Assembly: GCA_947501605.1 (NCBI GenBank)
Contig: CANMWZ010000014.1
Span: forward strand, 38,521 to 102,520
Source: Planctomycetota bacterium
Lineage (GTDB): Bacteria; Planctomycetota; UBA1135; UBA2386
Direction: 5' to 3'
DNA length: 64,000 nt
A program made the position numbers and the translations under genes. The notes under the pieces are model-generated. The model made no database searches. It had not been told where the DNA came from and was given only the letters and a program-made list of their open reading frames with translations. The stretch's first letter is position 1; every line of letters starts with the position of its first letter. Of this stretch, positions 48,697 to 57,286 are shown in pieces.

Positions 48697-50453
48697 GCGC
48701 TCCACTAGAACTTCGCGACCCAACCGACTTCGAGCTCGAGGATCGCGAACTCACCGACGCCCTGCACAGCGGACTCGCTGGACTGCGACCCGACGCTGCA
48801 GAGTTTGCCGCCGGCGTACGCAAGCGCATCGAGGAGCCTCGTACAGAGAGGCGGACACTGTCACCGTTCTTGCGCGCAGCGGCGGCCATTCTCCCTGCAG
48901 CCATGCTGCCGAAGAGCCTCGTTGCCGCGGCACCAGCCGTGGCAACCAAGGCCTCGGTGAAGTGGCTGCCGACGCTCGTGCTGATGCCGATAGCGACGTT
49001 GGCAGCGGTGGCACTGACGTTGGTCGCTCTGGTGCGCGGACTGATGGCCAAGAACGGCACTACGCAACAGCGCGACGATGCCGCGATGGCACGCGAGGAG
49101 ATCCGCTCGTGGCGCCAGGACCACCGGCTGAGCACGGTCATCGTGCCGATGGCCTTCGTCGTAGCGTTCGTGTTCGCACCGGCAGCTGCGGTCACGCTAG
49201 TGCTGCTCGTAGCCGCGCTCGTGATGCTGATGTTATGGCAGCGCCTCGCAGCGGCCGGTTTGGCAACGCGGGCCGAGCTCGGCAGCATGGCGGGCCAGTG
49301 GCTCGAGACTCTCGCAGTCCAGTCGCTCATGCTGGCTCCACTGCTCGCCGCCCATTCGCCACTGGCGTTTCACCTCGCGGGGTCGACACCGCAGATGGGA
49401 GTCTCGTTGCTCGCCCTGTTGCTACTGCTAGGGGCCCTCGCTTGCCACGCAATCGCAAGGTCCGGCAAGCCGTACGCGGCGCGCCTCGCATGGTGGTGCG
49501 TGACAATCCTTATGGTCAGCTCCCTCCAAAGAGCGCCGGACAGCCTCGTCGGCGAACCGGTTCGGTCGTCGGACGGCTGGGCCACGGCAGCGACGACGAG
49601 CTTCGCCGAGCCCAGCTTCGTCGACATCGCCGAGATGGTCGCAAACCTGCGCGCTGGTGGCCTTCCGGCGCCGACGATCGACGAACTTGCGCCGTTCTAC
49701 CGCGAGGTCAACCCCACGGCATTCTCCTACACCTGCCATGCGCTGCTCGATCTGGGGCTGGCTTCGCCCGACGTCGAACAGAACTGGCGCGCGGCCTTCG
49801 CCGGCAGCCCCGCGAACCCTGACCGCCTCGCTCGCCCCGATCTCGTGAACTCGCCGGCGGAGTTGCTGCGCTATCGACTGCACCAACGCCAAGGCCTGCT
49901 ACTGCCTCTCGAGCGCGACCGCATCGTCGCCGCGGTGCTCGACGCCCACCGCACTCCGAATGAACACGACTCCCTCGGCCGTCTGCTTGCCGTTGCGGCC
50001 ACGCTACGTGAGTTGGGCGCCGATCCGATGGCGCTGCGCGACCGCGTTCACGAACTGCTGCGCGCAACGGCGACAAACCCGGAGCCGACGCAAGGCGTGG
50101 GCTTCCTCGACTACCGGCGCCAAGCCGGGACACGAGTGGTCGCTGACGCCTGCAATCCGGTGCATTCAGCGCGCGCCGTCTTGTTGATGGCACAGTTCGG
50201 CGCACTTTCTGATCTCGACGTCGCCGCCTTCGACCTACACCTGCAGCGTCGATGTGCGCCCCAGAACGCACCGGTGCAGTTCGGCAACTACGCTGCTTTC
50301 GCGGCCCTGCAGGCTTGGCGAGCACAGCCGGGTCACGTGCCATTTGAACCGACCTGGCTGGACTGCGCAGCGCGTTGGCAGGTGCTGTGCGCGGTCGTGC
50401 TGCTGGTCGGGTTTGCAGTCGCCGCGACGGTTTGCAGCAGGCCTTCGGCGTAA
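48693..50453 (+). CDS. Multi-TM membrane protein, putative anti-sigma partner
   Basis: ATGA-coupled to the sigma gene; short soluble N-terminus, several TM helices and a soluble domain. Confidence 0.6.
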   Translation: MSAPLELRDPTDFELEDRELTDALHSGLAGLRPDAAEFAAGVRKRIEEPRTERRTLSPFLRAAAAILPAAMLPKSLVAAAPAVATKASVKWLPTLVLMPIATLAAVALTLVALVRGLMAKNGTTQQRDDAAMAREEIRSWRQDHRLSTVIVPMAFVVAFVFAPAAAVTLVLLVAALVMLMLWQRLAAAGLATRAELGSMAGQWLETLAVQSLMLAPLLAAHSPLAFHLAGSTPQMGVSLLALLLLLGALACHAIARSGKPYAARLAWWCVTILMVSSLQRAPDSLVGEPVRSSDGWATAATTSFAEPSFVDIAEMVANLRAGGLPAPTIDELAPFYREVNPTAFSYTCHALLDLGLASPDVEQNWRAAFAGSPANPDRLARPDLVNSPAELLRYRLHQRQGLLLPLERDRIVAAVLDAHRTPNEHDSLGRLLAVAATLRELGADPMALRDRVHELLRATATNPEPTQGVGFLDYRRQAGTRVVADACNPVHSARAVLLMAQFGALSDLDVAAFDLHLQRRCAPQNAPVQFGNYAAFAALQAWRAQPGHVPFEPTWLDCAARWQVLCAVVLLVGFAVAATVCSRPSA

Positions 50454-50469
50454 AGCCAGGGCTGCCGCC

Positions 50470-51237
50470 TCAGCCCCCTACGCCGACCATCTCCGCCAAG
50501 ACCTGGGCGACCGCGCGCGCGTCTGGATGCCCGCCGCCGACCGGCCCCACGACCTGCACGCTGCGCGCAGGCACACCGGCAGCAACCAGCTGCTCCTTCT
50601 CGATTGCGTCGGCAACCAGGACGTCGGAGAGCAACAGGCTGCCCAGCACGAGATCACTTCGCGACAGCATCGCAATTCGGTTGGGAAACGGCGAGTGCCC
50701 GCCAAGCCAGCGCAGCGCCCGCGCACACTTCGACTGCAGCAGTGAGAGGCCCTGCGACCACGGGGCGCAGGCACATTCTGTGCAACGCAGCGCGTCGTCG
50801 AAGCGATCGCACCGCGCCCCAGTGCTGTCGACCAAGGTCTGTCGCGCACAGAGCACCTCGCGTGACGTGACCACCGAGATCGGTCGCGAACCCATGCGTT
50901 CGGCAAGCCACAGCGGCGTTGCCGAACCAGCCGCGCCGAGCCCGAAATGGACCACGTGGGCGCGGCGCAGTGGGCGCAGCATGCGAGCGAGCTGTTGGTC
51001 GCAGGCCGTGTCGTCGACCCGAGCTTCGGTCGCTCGGAACGGAGCGACAGTACCGTCGACCGGCGCGATGGCGACACCGGCAAGCGGCGGTGGTGGCGGT
51101 TCGCCCTTAGTGGTCGGACACAGCCACTGCACGCGCGCGCCGGCGGCGACAAGCTCGCTGGCGACGATGCGGCACAGCCCTGCACTCCAGTGCGGGTGCG
51201 GTTCCGCCGTACGCGCCGAGACCAGGACCACGTCCAT
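50470..51237 (-). CDS. GT4 N-terminal-lobe-like protein with Cys cluster
   Basis: ELVAAGARV, HVVHF and LCARQTL...C...CTEC motifs; no EGFG-type motif. Confidence 0.55.
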   Translation of the reverse strand: MDVVLVSARTAEPHPHWSAGLCRIVASELVAAGARVQWLCPTTKGEPPPPPLAGVAIAPVDGTVAPFRATEARVDDTACDQQLARMLRPLRRAHVVHFGLGAAGSATPLWLAERMGSRPISVVTSREVLCARQTLVDSTGARCDRFDDALRCTECACAPWSQGLSLLQSKCARALRWLGGHSPFPNRIAMLSRSDLVLGSLLLSDVLVADAIEKEQLVAAGVPARSVQVVGPVGGGHPDARAVAQVLAEMVGVGG

Positions 51238-51404
51238 TGGACGCAACTTGGCGGCGCGACCGCCGCGTGGCAAGTACTGCGTCGGGCAACGCGCGCTTTG
51301 AGAGCAGGCGAGCACACGAACACCACCGCTCCATGCCAGGCGCACGCGATTGGCCCGATCTGCGTGCTGTCGATCGCGACACCGCAGCGCTACGGTGCTC
51401 GCCC

Positions 51405-52898
51405 ATGCACGGCGGACACCGCACGCCCCCGCTCCGCGCCCTGGTCCACGCCTGGCTGGTGCTCGACTTCTTCGGCGAAGCGCGGCGCAGCGGCGGCGAT
51501 GCCAGCACGTTGACGACGACGATCTTCTCGCAGTCGTTCCTGTCGCTCGGCGTGTCGGCCTTGCTCTATCCCGAGGTGCCGCCCGTGCCGTTCGCGGCCG
51601 CGACGCTCTCCGTGTCGACGTTGCTCGTGGCCCTCGGCGCGTTCGACACCGAGCAGCCGACGCACCGCCGTGCTGCCGATCGCATCCTGTTGGCGACGTC
51701 GCCAGTGTCGCGGTTGCAGGCGGTGCTCGCGCGCTGCGCACACGCTTCGTTTTCCACCATGCTGGTGACGATCGGGATGGCGCTACCACCTGCGATCTTG
51801 CTCGCGTGTCACGAGAGTGATCCGTGGAAAGTGCCATTCTACATCCTGCTCGCGTGCATGTGCTCGGGACTCGCGATCGCTGGCTTGTCCGTCACGTTGC
51901 GCGCGGCGCGGGCACTCCTTGGTGGTCATGGCGCAGCACTGGTCGCGGGCACCGGCAAGGCGCTGTTGCTCGGGTTCGGCGTGGTGTTCTTCGCGTTGTC
52001 GATGACCAGTCTGCGCGGCGATGCTGCCGGCCTGCCGTTCGGGCGAGTCGGTGCCGAGCTGCTGCCGCCGTACCACGCCGCGAAACTGCTGCACGATCCG
52101 ACCGCCAACTCGTGGCGCGCACTGCCATGGCTCGCGGTCTTGTTGACGTTGCTGACCGCTGCCGTGGCGATCGGCGACGGCGAGCACGATCGACGACGCT
52201 CGGTCAAGCGACCAGGATGGCTCGCGCGACGGAGCCTGCAGCTTGCGGGCACACCCGCCGACGCGGCGATCGCGGCATTCACGTCGACGATGCTGTGGCG
52301 CAGCCCGGGCATTCGTTCGCGCGTGCTGCCGCTGCTCGGCATGCCCGCCGCATTCGCCTTCTTGGCGCTACGCGGTAACGACGAACGCGGCTCGATGCTG
52401 TTCACTGCGATGGCGCTGCAGTTTCCCGCCATCTACTTGCCGTTCGTGATCGCAATGCTGCAGCAGTCGGACCATCAGGGTGCGCGCTGGCTGTTCGACA
52501 GCGCGCCTCGACTGCCACTCGTTCGCGTTCAGCGGGCAACGTGGATCGCGCTGCTGACGCACTTGCTGCTGCCAGTGCATGCACTCGCGCTGCTCGGATT
52601 GCTGGCGACAGGGATGCCGCCGCTGCGAGCGTTGCCGCTGTCGCTGTTTTCGTTCGCACTCGGCGGCATCGCGGCGCGCGCGATGATCCGCGTCCTGCCC
52701 GACGTGCCGTTCTCGATCGAGGCGCCGCAGCCCGAGCTCGATCTTGGCAATCTGATGGCCTACGGACTCGTTCTGGCCGGCGCTGGAGCAGCGGTCGCTA
52801 TCGCTGCGCCTTTGGCCCAGTTCGTGGCCGCGGCTCTGGCGGTCCTCGGACTGGTGGCGATGCTCCGCCGCATGCCCGACGGGCTGGGTGCAGCATGA
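51405..52898 (+). CDS. Polytopic membrane protein, probable ABC-2-type permease
   Basis: About 12 TM helices; DRILLATSPVS motif resembles ABC exporter permeases. Confidence 0.6.
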   Translation: MHGGHRTPPLRALVHAWLVLDFFGEARRSGGDASTLTTTIFSQSFLSLGVSALLYPEVPPVPFAAATLSVSTLLVALGAFDTEQPTHRRAADRILLATSPVSRLQAVLARCAHASFSTMLVTIGMALPPAILLACHESDPWKVPFYILLACMCSGLAIAGLSVTLRAARALLGGHGAALVAGTGKALLLGFGVVFFALSMTSLRGDAAGLPFGRVGAELLPPYHAAKLLHDPTANSWRALPWLAVLLTLLTAAVAIGDGEHDRRRSVKRPGWLARRSLQLAGTPADAAIAAFTSTMLWRSPGIRSRVLPLLGMPAAFAFLALRGNDERGSMLFTAMALQFPAIYLPFVIAMLQQSDHQGARWLFDSAPRLPLVRVQRATWIALLTHLLLPVHALALLGLLATGMPPLRALPLSLFSFALGGIAARAMIRVLPDVPFSIEAPQPELDLGNLMAYGLVLAGAGAAVAIAAPLAQFVAAALAVLGLVAMLRRMPDGLGAA

Positions 52899-53038
52899 CT
52901 TTCGCAACGCCGCCTGGCCGCAACGCCGCGAAGACTGCAAAGCCCCAATCGCTGCGGCGCGAGCTCATGGCGATCGCTTTTCTCTACGTTGTTCTCTCGG
53001 TCCTGCCGTTGCTGATCGGTCTCCTGCTCGCCGCTTGA
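52895..53038 (+). CDS. Small single-TM protein (47 aa)
   Basis: ATGA overlap; C-terminal helix LMAIAFLYVVLSVLPLLIGLLLAA. Confidence 0.55.
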   Translation: MTFATPPGRNAAKTAKPQSLRRELMAIAFLYVVLSVLPLLIGLLLAA

Positions 53039-53109
53039 TGACCGCCGATTTGGCTCGCATCGAGACCCGACCTTGTGCGTAGCGCCGCCATGGCACGGGA
53101 GCCCTGGGG

Positions 53110-53138
53110 TTGCCAGAGTCCGCCACCCTTCGTACCCT
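53110..53138 (+). promoter_or_regulatory. Sigma-70-like promoter
   Basis: TTGCCA-17 nt-TACCCT, followed by AGGAGG and ATG 53166. Confidence 0.5.
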
Positions 53139-53165
53139 CTGCCCTTCTGCCGACAGGAGGCACCC

Positions 53166-53381
53166 ATGAGCGCTAGCGCAAACGTGCAACCCGGTTCTGG
53201 ACGCAGTGCGATGACCGATCAGGCAACGCCGCCGTCCAAACTTTTGGCCACCACCAACCCGCGCGACAAAGCGCGCAGCGCGGCCGCTCCTGCCGCCGAC
53301 ACGGCGGCGCGATGCAGCCCGGACCCGTGCCAACACACGGATCGCTATCGGTTGGTGACACCGTTCTCGCTGCGGCTCTGA
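53166..53381 (+). CDS. Small hypothetical protein (71 aa)
   Basis: AGGAGG 5 nt before the ATG; promoter-like element upstream. Confidence 0.55.
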   Translation: MSASANVQPGSGRSAMTDQATPPSKLLATTNPRDKARSAAAPAADTAARCSPDPCQHTDRYRLVTPFSLRL

Positions 53382-53490
53382 CGTCTGACTGCGACGCTGC
53401 GGCTGTTCGCCGCGGTAATCGGGGTCGCCGAGGGAATCGGGTTCCAGCACTCCCCACTCCGAGCTGCAGCCCCATCCGCCAGCTACTCAG

Positions 53491-54510
53491 CTACTCGTCC
53501 CCGATCAGCGACCGCATGTCGGCAGGCAGAGGCGCCACGAGTTCCATCTCGCGGTCCAGCATCGGATGATGGAAGCGCAGCTTGTGGGCGTGCAGAGCTT
53601 GGCGATCGAGCACCAGGCGCGCTCGGCTCTCGTCGCTGAGAGGGCCCGCAAGCTGCTCCAAGAAGATGCGCTCGTCACCGCCGTAGATCTTGTCGCCGAC
53701 CATGGGGCAACCGATCGCCGACATGTGCACGCGGAGTTGGTGCGTGCGCCCCGTCTTGGGGTGCAGTTCGACGAGGGTGTAGCGCTCGTTGCCGCGAAGG
53801 ACGCGATACTGAGTCGAGGCGGAGATGCCGGTGCCGTCACTGCGCGCCTCGAGCTTCAGCCGAACGGGCGACTTGCGGTCGGGCCCGATGCTGTAGTCGA
53901 TCGTACCTTCACTCCGCGCCGGCCTGCCATGCACCACGGCGAGATAGGTCTTCTGTACGTCGCGCTCCTCGAACTGACGCGCCACGAGGTGGTGAAACTG
54001 CTCGCACAAGCCAACCACCACGATGCCTGAGGTCTCGACATCGATGCGATGCAGCAACCGCGGCACGACGTCATGCGCAGGATCGTCCTTACGACGGTAG
54101 CGACGATGCAACTCGGTGATCAACGTGCCCGCCAGCCGTCGACCAGCAGGATGCACCGCCATCCCGGCGGGCTTGTCGATGCCCAGCATCCACTGATCTT
54201 GGTAGACAATCGGCAGGTGGATGCCGCCGTCTGACTCTGGAACGGGCTTGGGCAGCGCCTCCTTTGGCACATCGACGACGACGGTCTCGCCGGTACGGAC
54301 GCGCCGCGATGCACTCGCCTTGCGCCCAACGAGCGTGACGTAGCCACCGTCAATCAAGCGATGGATGCTCTGCCTCGACCGCCAGGGCAGAACGGTGGCG
54401 AGCGCTACGTCCAAGCGCTGGCCATCGAAGCGGACGTCGACCAGAAACTTGAGCTGCTCAAGAGGACGACTGAGGTCGCGCGGCCCTTCGCCAGGGAACT
54501 TCGGCAGCAC
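53491..54510 (-). CDS. RluA/RluD-family pseudouridine synthase with S4 domain
   Basis: RLD S4 domain, DKPAG..VHP, HRIDVETSG, TGRTHQLRVH and GDKIYG motifs. Confidence 0.93.
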   Translation of the reverse strand: MLPKFPGEGPRDLSRPLEQLKFLVDVRFDGQRLDVALATVLPWRSRQSIHRLIDGGYVTLVGRKASASRRVRTGETVVVDVPKEALPKPVPESDGGIHLPIVYQDQWMLGIDKPAGMAVHPAGRRLAGTLITELHRRYRRKDDPAHDVVPRLLHRIDVETSGIVVVGLCEQFHHLVARQFEERDVQKTYLAVVHGRPARSEGTIDYSIGPDRKSPVRLKLEARSDGTGISASTQYRVLRGNERYTLVELHPKTGRTHQLRVHMSAIGCPMVGDKIYGGDERIFLEQLAGPLSDESRARLVLDRQALHAHKLRFHHPMLDREMELVAPLPADMRSLIGDE

Positions 54511-54535
54511 GGCTGCGCCTGCGCGACCCTGCCGC

Positions 54536-54892
54536 TTACTCGACCGATGCGCCAGCCGCGACCGGCTTCTGCATCGTCGTATCAGCGGTCAACGGATCGA
54601 AGTCTTGCTCACCGGGACGGCCACCGCGGCCACCGCGACCCGTTGCGTTCTTGCCCTTGCGCTTCTTGTTGCCCATGCGCGAGTTCTTCGGCGCGCCGCT
54701 GCCACGACGCCGTTCGGCAATCTGGATGTTGCGCAGACGCTCACGCTCTTCGCGGCGACGGCGGTCGCTGCGCTTCTCGTGATGGGCGTACTTCTTCGCG
54801 AGGCGGAAGATGCCGGAGTAGTTGCACTGGCGCTTGAAGCGACGCAGAGCAGCTTCGAGCGGCTCGTTCGGGCGGACCTGGACGCGGATCAT
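54536..54892 (-). CDS. rpsU: 30S ribosomal protein bS21 with long basic C-terminal extension
   Basis: V.VRPNEPLEAALRRFKRQC..SGI......HHEK.S..RRR motif. Confidence 0.9.
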   Translation of the reverse strand: MIRVQVRPNEPLEAALRRFKRQCNYSGIFRLAKKYAHHEKRSDRRRREERERLRNIQIAERRRGSGAPKNSRMGNKKRKGKNATGRGGRGGRPGEQDFDPLTADTTMQKPVAAGASVE

Positions 54893-55077
54893 GGGAACTG
54901 GGAAATCGAACGGGGTCGGAGGAAACTACAGCGGGACCGGCGACGCCGATGCCCCGATGGACGAATCCAGCCGGAGCACCCCGCAGGCGAAAGGGCGGGA
55001 AACGATAGCGACCGCCGGCCAGAGAGCAACGCAGTAGAACTCACCTTACACCGCCCGCCACCACTCGCTCGCTTCGC

Positions 55078-57267
55078 ATGTCCACCGAAGGCCACCCTCT
55101 GCGCGCTGCAACCGGCACCCTGGAGCGGTTCACCTTCCGCAATCCGGATACTGGGTTTGGCGTCGGCCGGCTGGTCGAAGAAGGCACAGGCAAGCTGCTG
55201 ACCATCGTCGGGCAGATAGCGCAACTCGCTGAAGGTCAGACAGTTACGGTCACTGGCCAAGAAAGCGAGCACCCCAAGTTCGGTCGACAGATTCAGATCG
55301 ACAGCTGTGAGCTCGTGGCGCCCAAGACGGTAGTCGGCATCGAGGCCTACCTCGGCTCCGGCCTAGTCAAGGGCATTGGCCCTTTGACCGCACAGAAGAT
55401 CACGAAGGTCTTCGGCGACCAGACACTTCACATCATCGAGACCGAACCCGATCGCCTGCGCGAGATCCGCGGCCTCGGCGACAAAAAGATCCAGGAGCTG
55501 GTCGTGGCGCTGCAGGCGCAGAAGGACGTGCAGAACGTCCTCGTGTTCTTGCGCCAGCATGGCCTTGGCCCGGGCCTCGCCGCGCGCATCGTGCGGCGGT
55601 ATGGCAAGAACGCGTCGGCGCTGATCGCGGCAAATCCATTCCGCCTCGCCGACGAGGTGATCGGAATCGGCTTTCGCACCGCCGACCGACTCGCAGGCAG
55701 CCTCGGCATCGCGCCGGAGGCCCCCGAGCGCTTGCGGGCCGCGCTGGTTCACGTGCTGCAGAACGCGAGCAAGGACGGTCATTGCTACTTGCCTGAAGCC
55801 GAACTCCTGCACCGAACCGCGGAGCTTCTGCAGTGCAACCAGAAGGCGATCGAAGCCCAGATCGCACCGCTTGCCGACGATGGCGCGATCGTTCGCCAAA
55901 TGCCTCCAGGGCCACAACTGCTGCTCGACGACCCACGCCCGATCACCTACCTCGCCACACTTCATGCCGCGGAGTACGCGGCAGGCCTTGCGCTCCACAG
56001 CCTGCTAGCTCGCGGGCGCCATCTGATTCCGGTTCGAGCCGAACCGGCGATCACGTGGTTCGAACGATCGGCCGGCTTCCAGCTGCCAGAAGGCCAGCGC
56101 GAGGCTCTGCGGTGCGCACTCACGGAGCCGGTCACGGTCATCACTGGCGGCCCCGGGGTCGGCAAGACGACGATCATCCGCGCGCTGTGCGAAGTGCTCG
56201 CCCAGAAGCAACGGCACGTGCTGCTCGCAGCGCCGACAGGCCGTGCCGCCAAGCGCCTGGAGGAATCAACCGGACGGCCCGCGAGCACCATCCACCGACT
56301 GCTCGAGTTCACGCCTGGCATCGGTCGATTCGCGCGCGATGCCGACAACCCGCTCGAAGGCGACCTGCTGGTCGTCGACGAGTCGTCGATGCTCGACATT
56401 CAACTGGCGCACGCACTCTTCGCCGCGGTGCCGCAGTCGATGCCGCTGGTGCTCGTTGGTGACCAGAACCAACTGCCGTCGGTCGGCGCCGGCAACGTGC
56501 TCGCCGACATTCTCGGCTCCGGCCGACCCGCGATCGCACACCTGACTGAGATCTTCCGGCAACAGAAGGGCTCGGACATCGTGCGCGTGGCTCACGGCAT
56601 CCTGCGGGGGGAAGTGCCGCAGAGCGGCGGCAACGACTTCTTCTTCGTGCCGGCGCAGAACTCTGCCCACGCGCGCATGCTGGTTCGCGAAATCGCCGCA
56701 CAGCGCATCCCCAAACGTTTCGGCATGGACCCACGTCACGATGTGCAGGTGCTGTGCCCGATGTACCGGGGCGAGGCAGGGGCCGACCAGTTGAACCGCG
56801 ACCTCCAGGACGTGCTCAATCCGGCGAAGCTCGAGGTCGAACGAGGCGGCAAGGTCTATCGCAGCGGCGACAAGGTCATGCAAATCCGCAACGACTACGA
56901 CCGCGAGGTCTACAACGGCGACGTTGGCATGATCCTGCACGTCGACGCCGCGGCGGCGAAGTTGTGGGTCCGCTTCCTCGATCGCGAGACCGAGTACCGC
57001 TTCGAGGACCTCGGCGATCTGGTGCCGGCCTACGCCATCTCAGTGCACCGTTCGCAAGGCAGCGAGTACCCAGCGGTGGTCATTCCGATCGTGACCGACC
57101 ACTTCCCGATGCTGAAGCGCTCGCTGCTCTACACCGCGATCACGCGCGGCAAGAAACTCGTCGTCGTGGTCGGCTCGCAGAAGGCGCTCGAACTCGCGGT
57201 GAAGAACCACGACGACGGCTCGCGCTTCTCGGGCTTGCTCGAACGTCTGCGCGACTACCTGCGGTGA
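55078..57267 (+). CDS. recD2: ATP-dependent RecD2 helicase
   Basis: HhH KGIGP, GIGFRTAD, TGGPGVGKTT, APTGRAAKR, DESSM, GDQNQLPSVG and HRSQGSEY motifs. Confidence 0.95.
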   Translation: MSTEGHPLRAATGTLERFTFRNPDTGFGVGRLVEEGTGKLLTIVGQIAQLAEGQTVTVTGQESEHPKFGRQIQIDSCELVAPKTVVGIEAYLGSGLVKGIGPLTAQKITKVFGDQTLHIIETEPDRLREIRGLGDKKIQELVVALQAQKDVQNVLVFLRQHGLGPGLAARIVRRYGKNASALIAANPFRLADEVIGIGFRTADRLAGSLGIAPEAPERLRAALVHVLQNASKDGHCYLPEAELLHRTAELLQCNQKAIEAQIAPLADDGAIVRQMPPGPQLLLDDPRPITYLATLHAAEYAAGLALHSLLARGRHLIPVRAEPAITWFERSAGFQLPEGQREALRCALTEPVTVITGGPGVGKTTIIRALCEVLAQKQRHVLLAAPTGRAAKRLEESTGRPASTIHRLLEFTPGIGRFARDADNPLEGDLLVVDESSMLDIQLAHALFAAVPQSMPLVLVGDQNQLPSVGAGNVLADILGSGRPAIAHLTEIFRQQKGSDIVRVAHGILRGEVPQSGGNDFFFVPAQNSAHARMLVREIAAQRIPKRFGMDPRHDVQVLCPMYRGEAGADQLNRDLQDVLNPAKLEVERGGKVYRSGDKVMQIRNDYDREVYNGDVGMILHVDAAAAKLWVRFLDRETEYRFEDLGDLVPAYAISVHRSQGSEYPAVVIPIVTDHFPMLKRSLLYTAITRGKKLVVVVGSQKALELAVKNHDDGSRFSGLLERLRDYLR

Positions 57268-57286
57268 CCTCGCAGCGCGCAGCCAC

